NCBI GenBank assembly: GCA_002427165.1
Contig: DIQB01000014.1
Coordinates: forward strand, 6,377 to 44,731
DNA from: Firmicutes bacterium UBA5473
GTDB taxonomy: Bacteria > Bacillota > DTU084
DNA length: 38,355 nt
Direction: 5' to 3'
Shown here in pieces: positions 37,613 to 38,355 of this stretch. Within the stretch, counting starts at the first letter, position 1, and the number at the start of each line of letters is the position of its first letter. A program made the position numbers and the translations under genes. The notes below the pieces were generated by a model. It was not told where the DNA came from, searched no databases, and worked only from the letters and a program-made list of their open reading frames with translations.

Positions 37613-38355
37613 ATGAGTTCTGCTCTCCAACAGGTGCTCTCTATCCCCGAGGTCCAAGAGCTACTTTCCTCATTTGCCAAGCTCACAGGCACTCGGGTCT
37701 GCCTTTTTAAGAGAAATCATTTTGAGCCTATAGGAGAGGGTAAAGAAATCTCCCACTTTTGCCAGCTGATCAAAAGTGTGCCCACAGGTTTTAAAAAATG
37801 CTTAGCCTCGGATCAGAGGGCCATGGAGACTGTCTGTAGCCCCAACTTTTCCGAACCTGGCTCTTTTCATCGTTACCAGTGCCATATGAAGCTTTGGGAA
37901 TGTGTGGTCCCTGTTTTAGGTGAGGGCGAGGCGCCAGTGGGCTATCTGATGCTGGGACAGGTTGCACCTCAAAAGTTTTCCGAAGATGAGTGGGCCTGGA
38001 TTGTGGAACAAGTAAAAAGCTGGCCAGATGGAGAGAAGCTGGACCTGGAGGAGCTTCGTCATGCTCGCAAAGAGCTTATCACTTTAAAAACTGAGCGCTT
38101 TGAAGCAGCATGCAAGTTTCTCTCTGTTTTGGCGAACTTTCTGGTGAGTGCGAAATTGGTACGGAGCATCCTGCCCGATAGGGTTGAGGTGATTCGAAAG
38201 CTCATAGCCCAAAGGGGATCGGTTTCTCTCGAGGAACTAGGTGACGAGCTGGAGCTGAACCCTGCCTATGTTAGTGCTTTTTATAAAAAAGCTACAGGTG
38301 AGACTATAACCCAGTATTCCCTGAGGCTACGATTGGATGAGGCACAGAAGTTGCT
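37613..38355 (+). CDS. PocR-sensor AraC-family transcriptional regulator (3' end outside window; absent from the ORF track)
   Basis: GGAGG RBS, then MSSALQQVLSIPEVQELLSSFAKLTG...FCQLIK...C..SD...YQCHMKLWE.VVPV...VGYLMLGQ (PocR). Followed by SLEELGDELELNPAYVSAFYKKATGETITQY...RLDEAQKL (AraC HTH). Confidence 0.88.
   Translation, partial: MSSALQQVLSIPEVQELLSSFAKLTGTRVCLFKRNHFEPIGEGKEISHFCQLIKSVPTGFKKCLASDQRAMETVCSPNFSEPGSFHRYQCHMKLWECVVPVLGEGEAPVGYLMLGQVAPQKFSEDEWAWIVEQVKSWPDGEKLDLEELRHARKELITLKTERFEAACKFLSVLANFLVSAKLVRSILPDRVEVIRKLIAQRGSVSLEELGDELELNPAYVSAFYKKATGETITQYSLRLRLDEAQKL

Noticed and set aside
1-38355. CRISPR array, tRNA/rRNA, integrase or intact transposase, defence system
   Set aside because: I saw no regularly spaced short repeats, cloverleaf, or corresponding protein motifs.

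Overview
A 38.4-kb chromosomal window from an anaerobic, Firmicutes-type bacterium (Rex-like box, SigH-like promoters, lipoprotein ABC binding protein, hfs hydrogenase operon). All supported genes are on the + strand. By eye the window has four parts. (i) A higher-GC left arm (1-7272) holds a DUF763 fragment, an SDR epimerase, a URO-D-like protein and a Rex-boxed hfsABC-(2Fe-2S)-hfsD [FeFe]-hydrogenase operon. (ii) An AT-rich accessory block (~7273-31660) holds a decayed LacI/GH63-fragment/amidohydrolase module and then an apparently intact glycan-utilisation locus. That locus comprises LacI, a sugar ABC transporter without ATPase, a 930-aa CBM/FN3 surface protein with a T9SS-CTD-like (FlgD-Ig) tail, a PorV/UPF0164-like beta-barrel, two paralogous outer-membrane-barrel-like proteins, two paralogous ~940/1150-aa secreted proteins of no recognisable family and a LamG protein. 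It is bracketed by a degenerate ~155-bp direct repeat and followed by a stand-alone purC. (iii) A higher-GC sugar isomerase plus two Gfo/Idh/MocA genes. (iv) An EamA pseudogene and a GH36-like gene flanked by a duplicated 3' end of the second Gfo gene, then a PocR-AraC regulator truncated by the window end. The best candidate for an undescribed system is the TonB/SusCD-independent, outer-membrane PUL-like locus with a T9SS-like cargo/barrel pair in a Firmicute-like genome. All assignments come from motif recognition only; no database searches were run.
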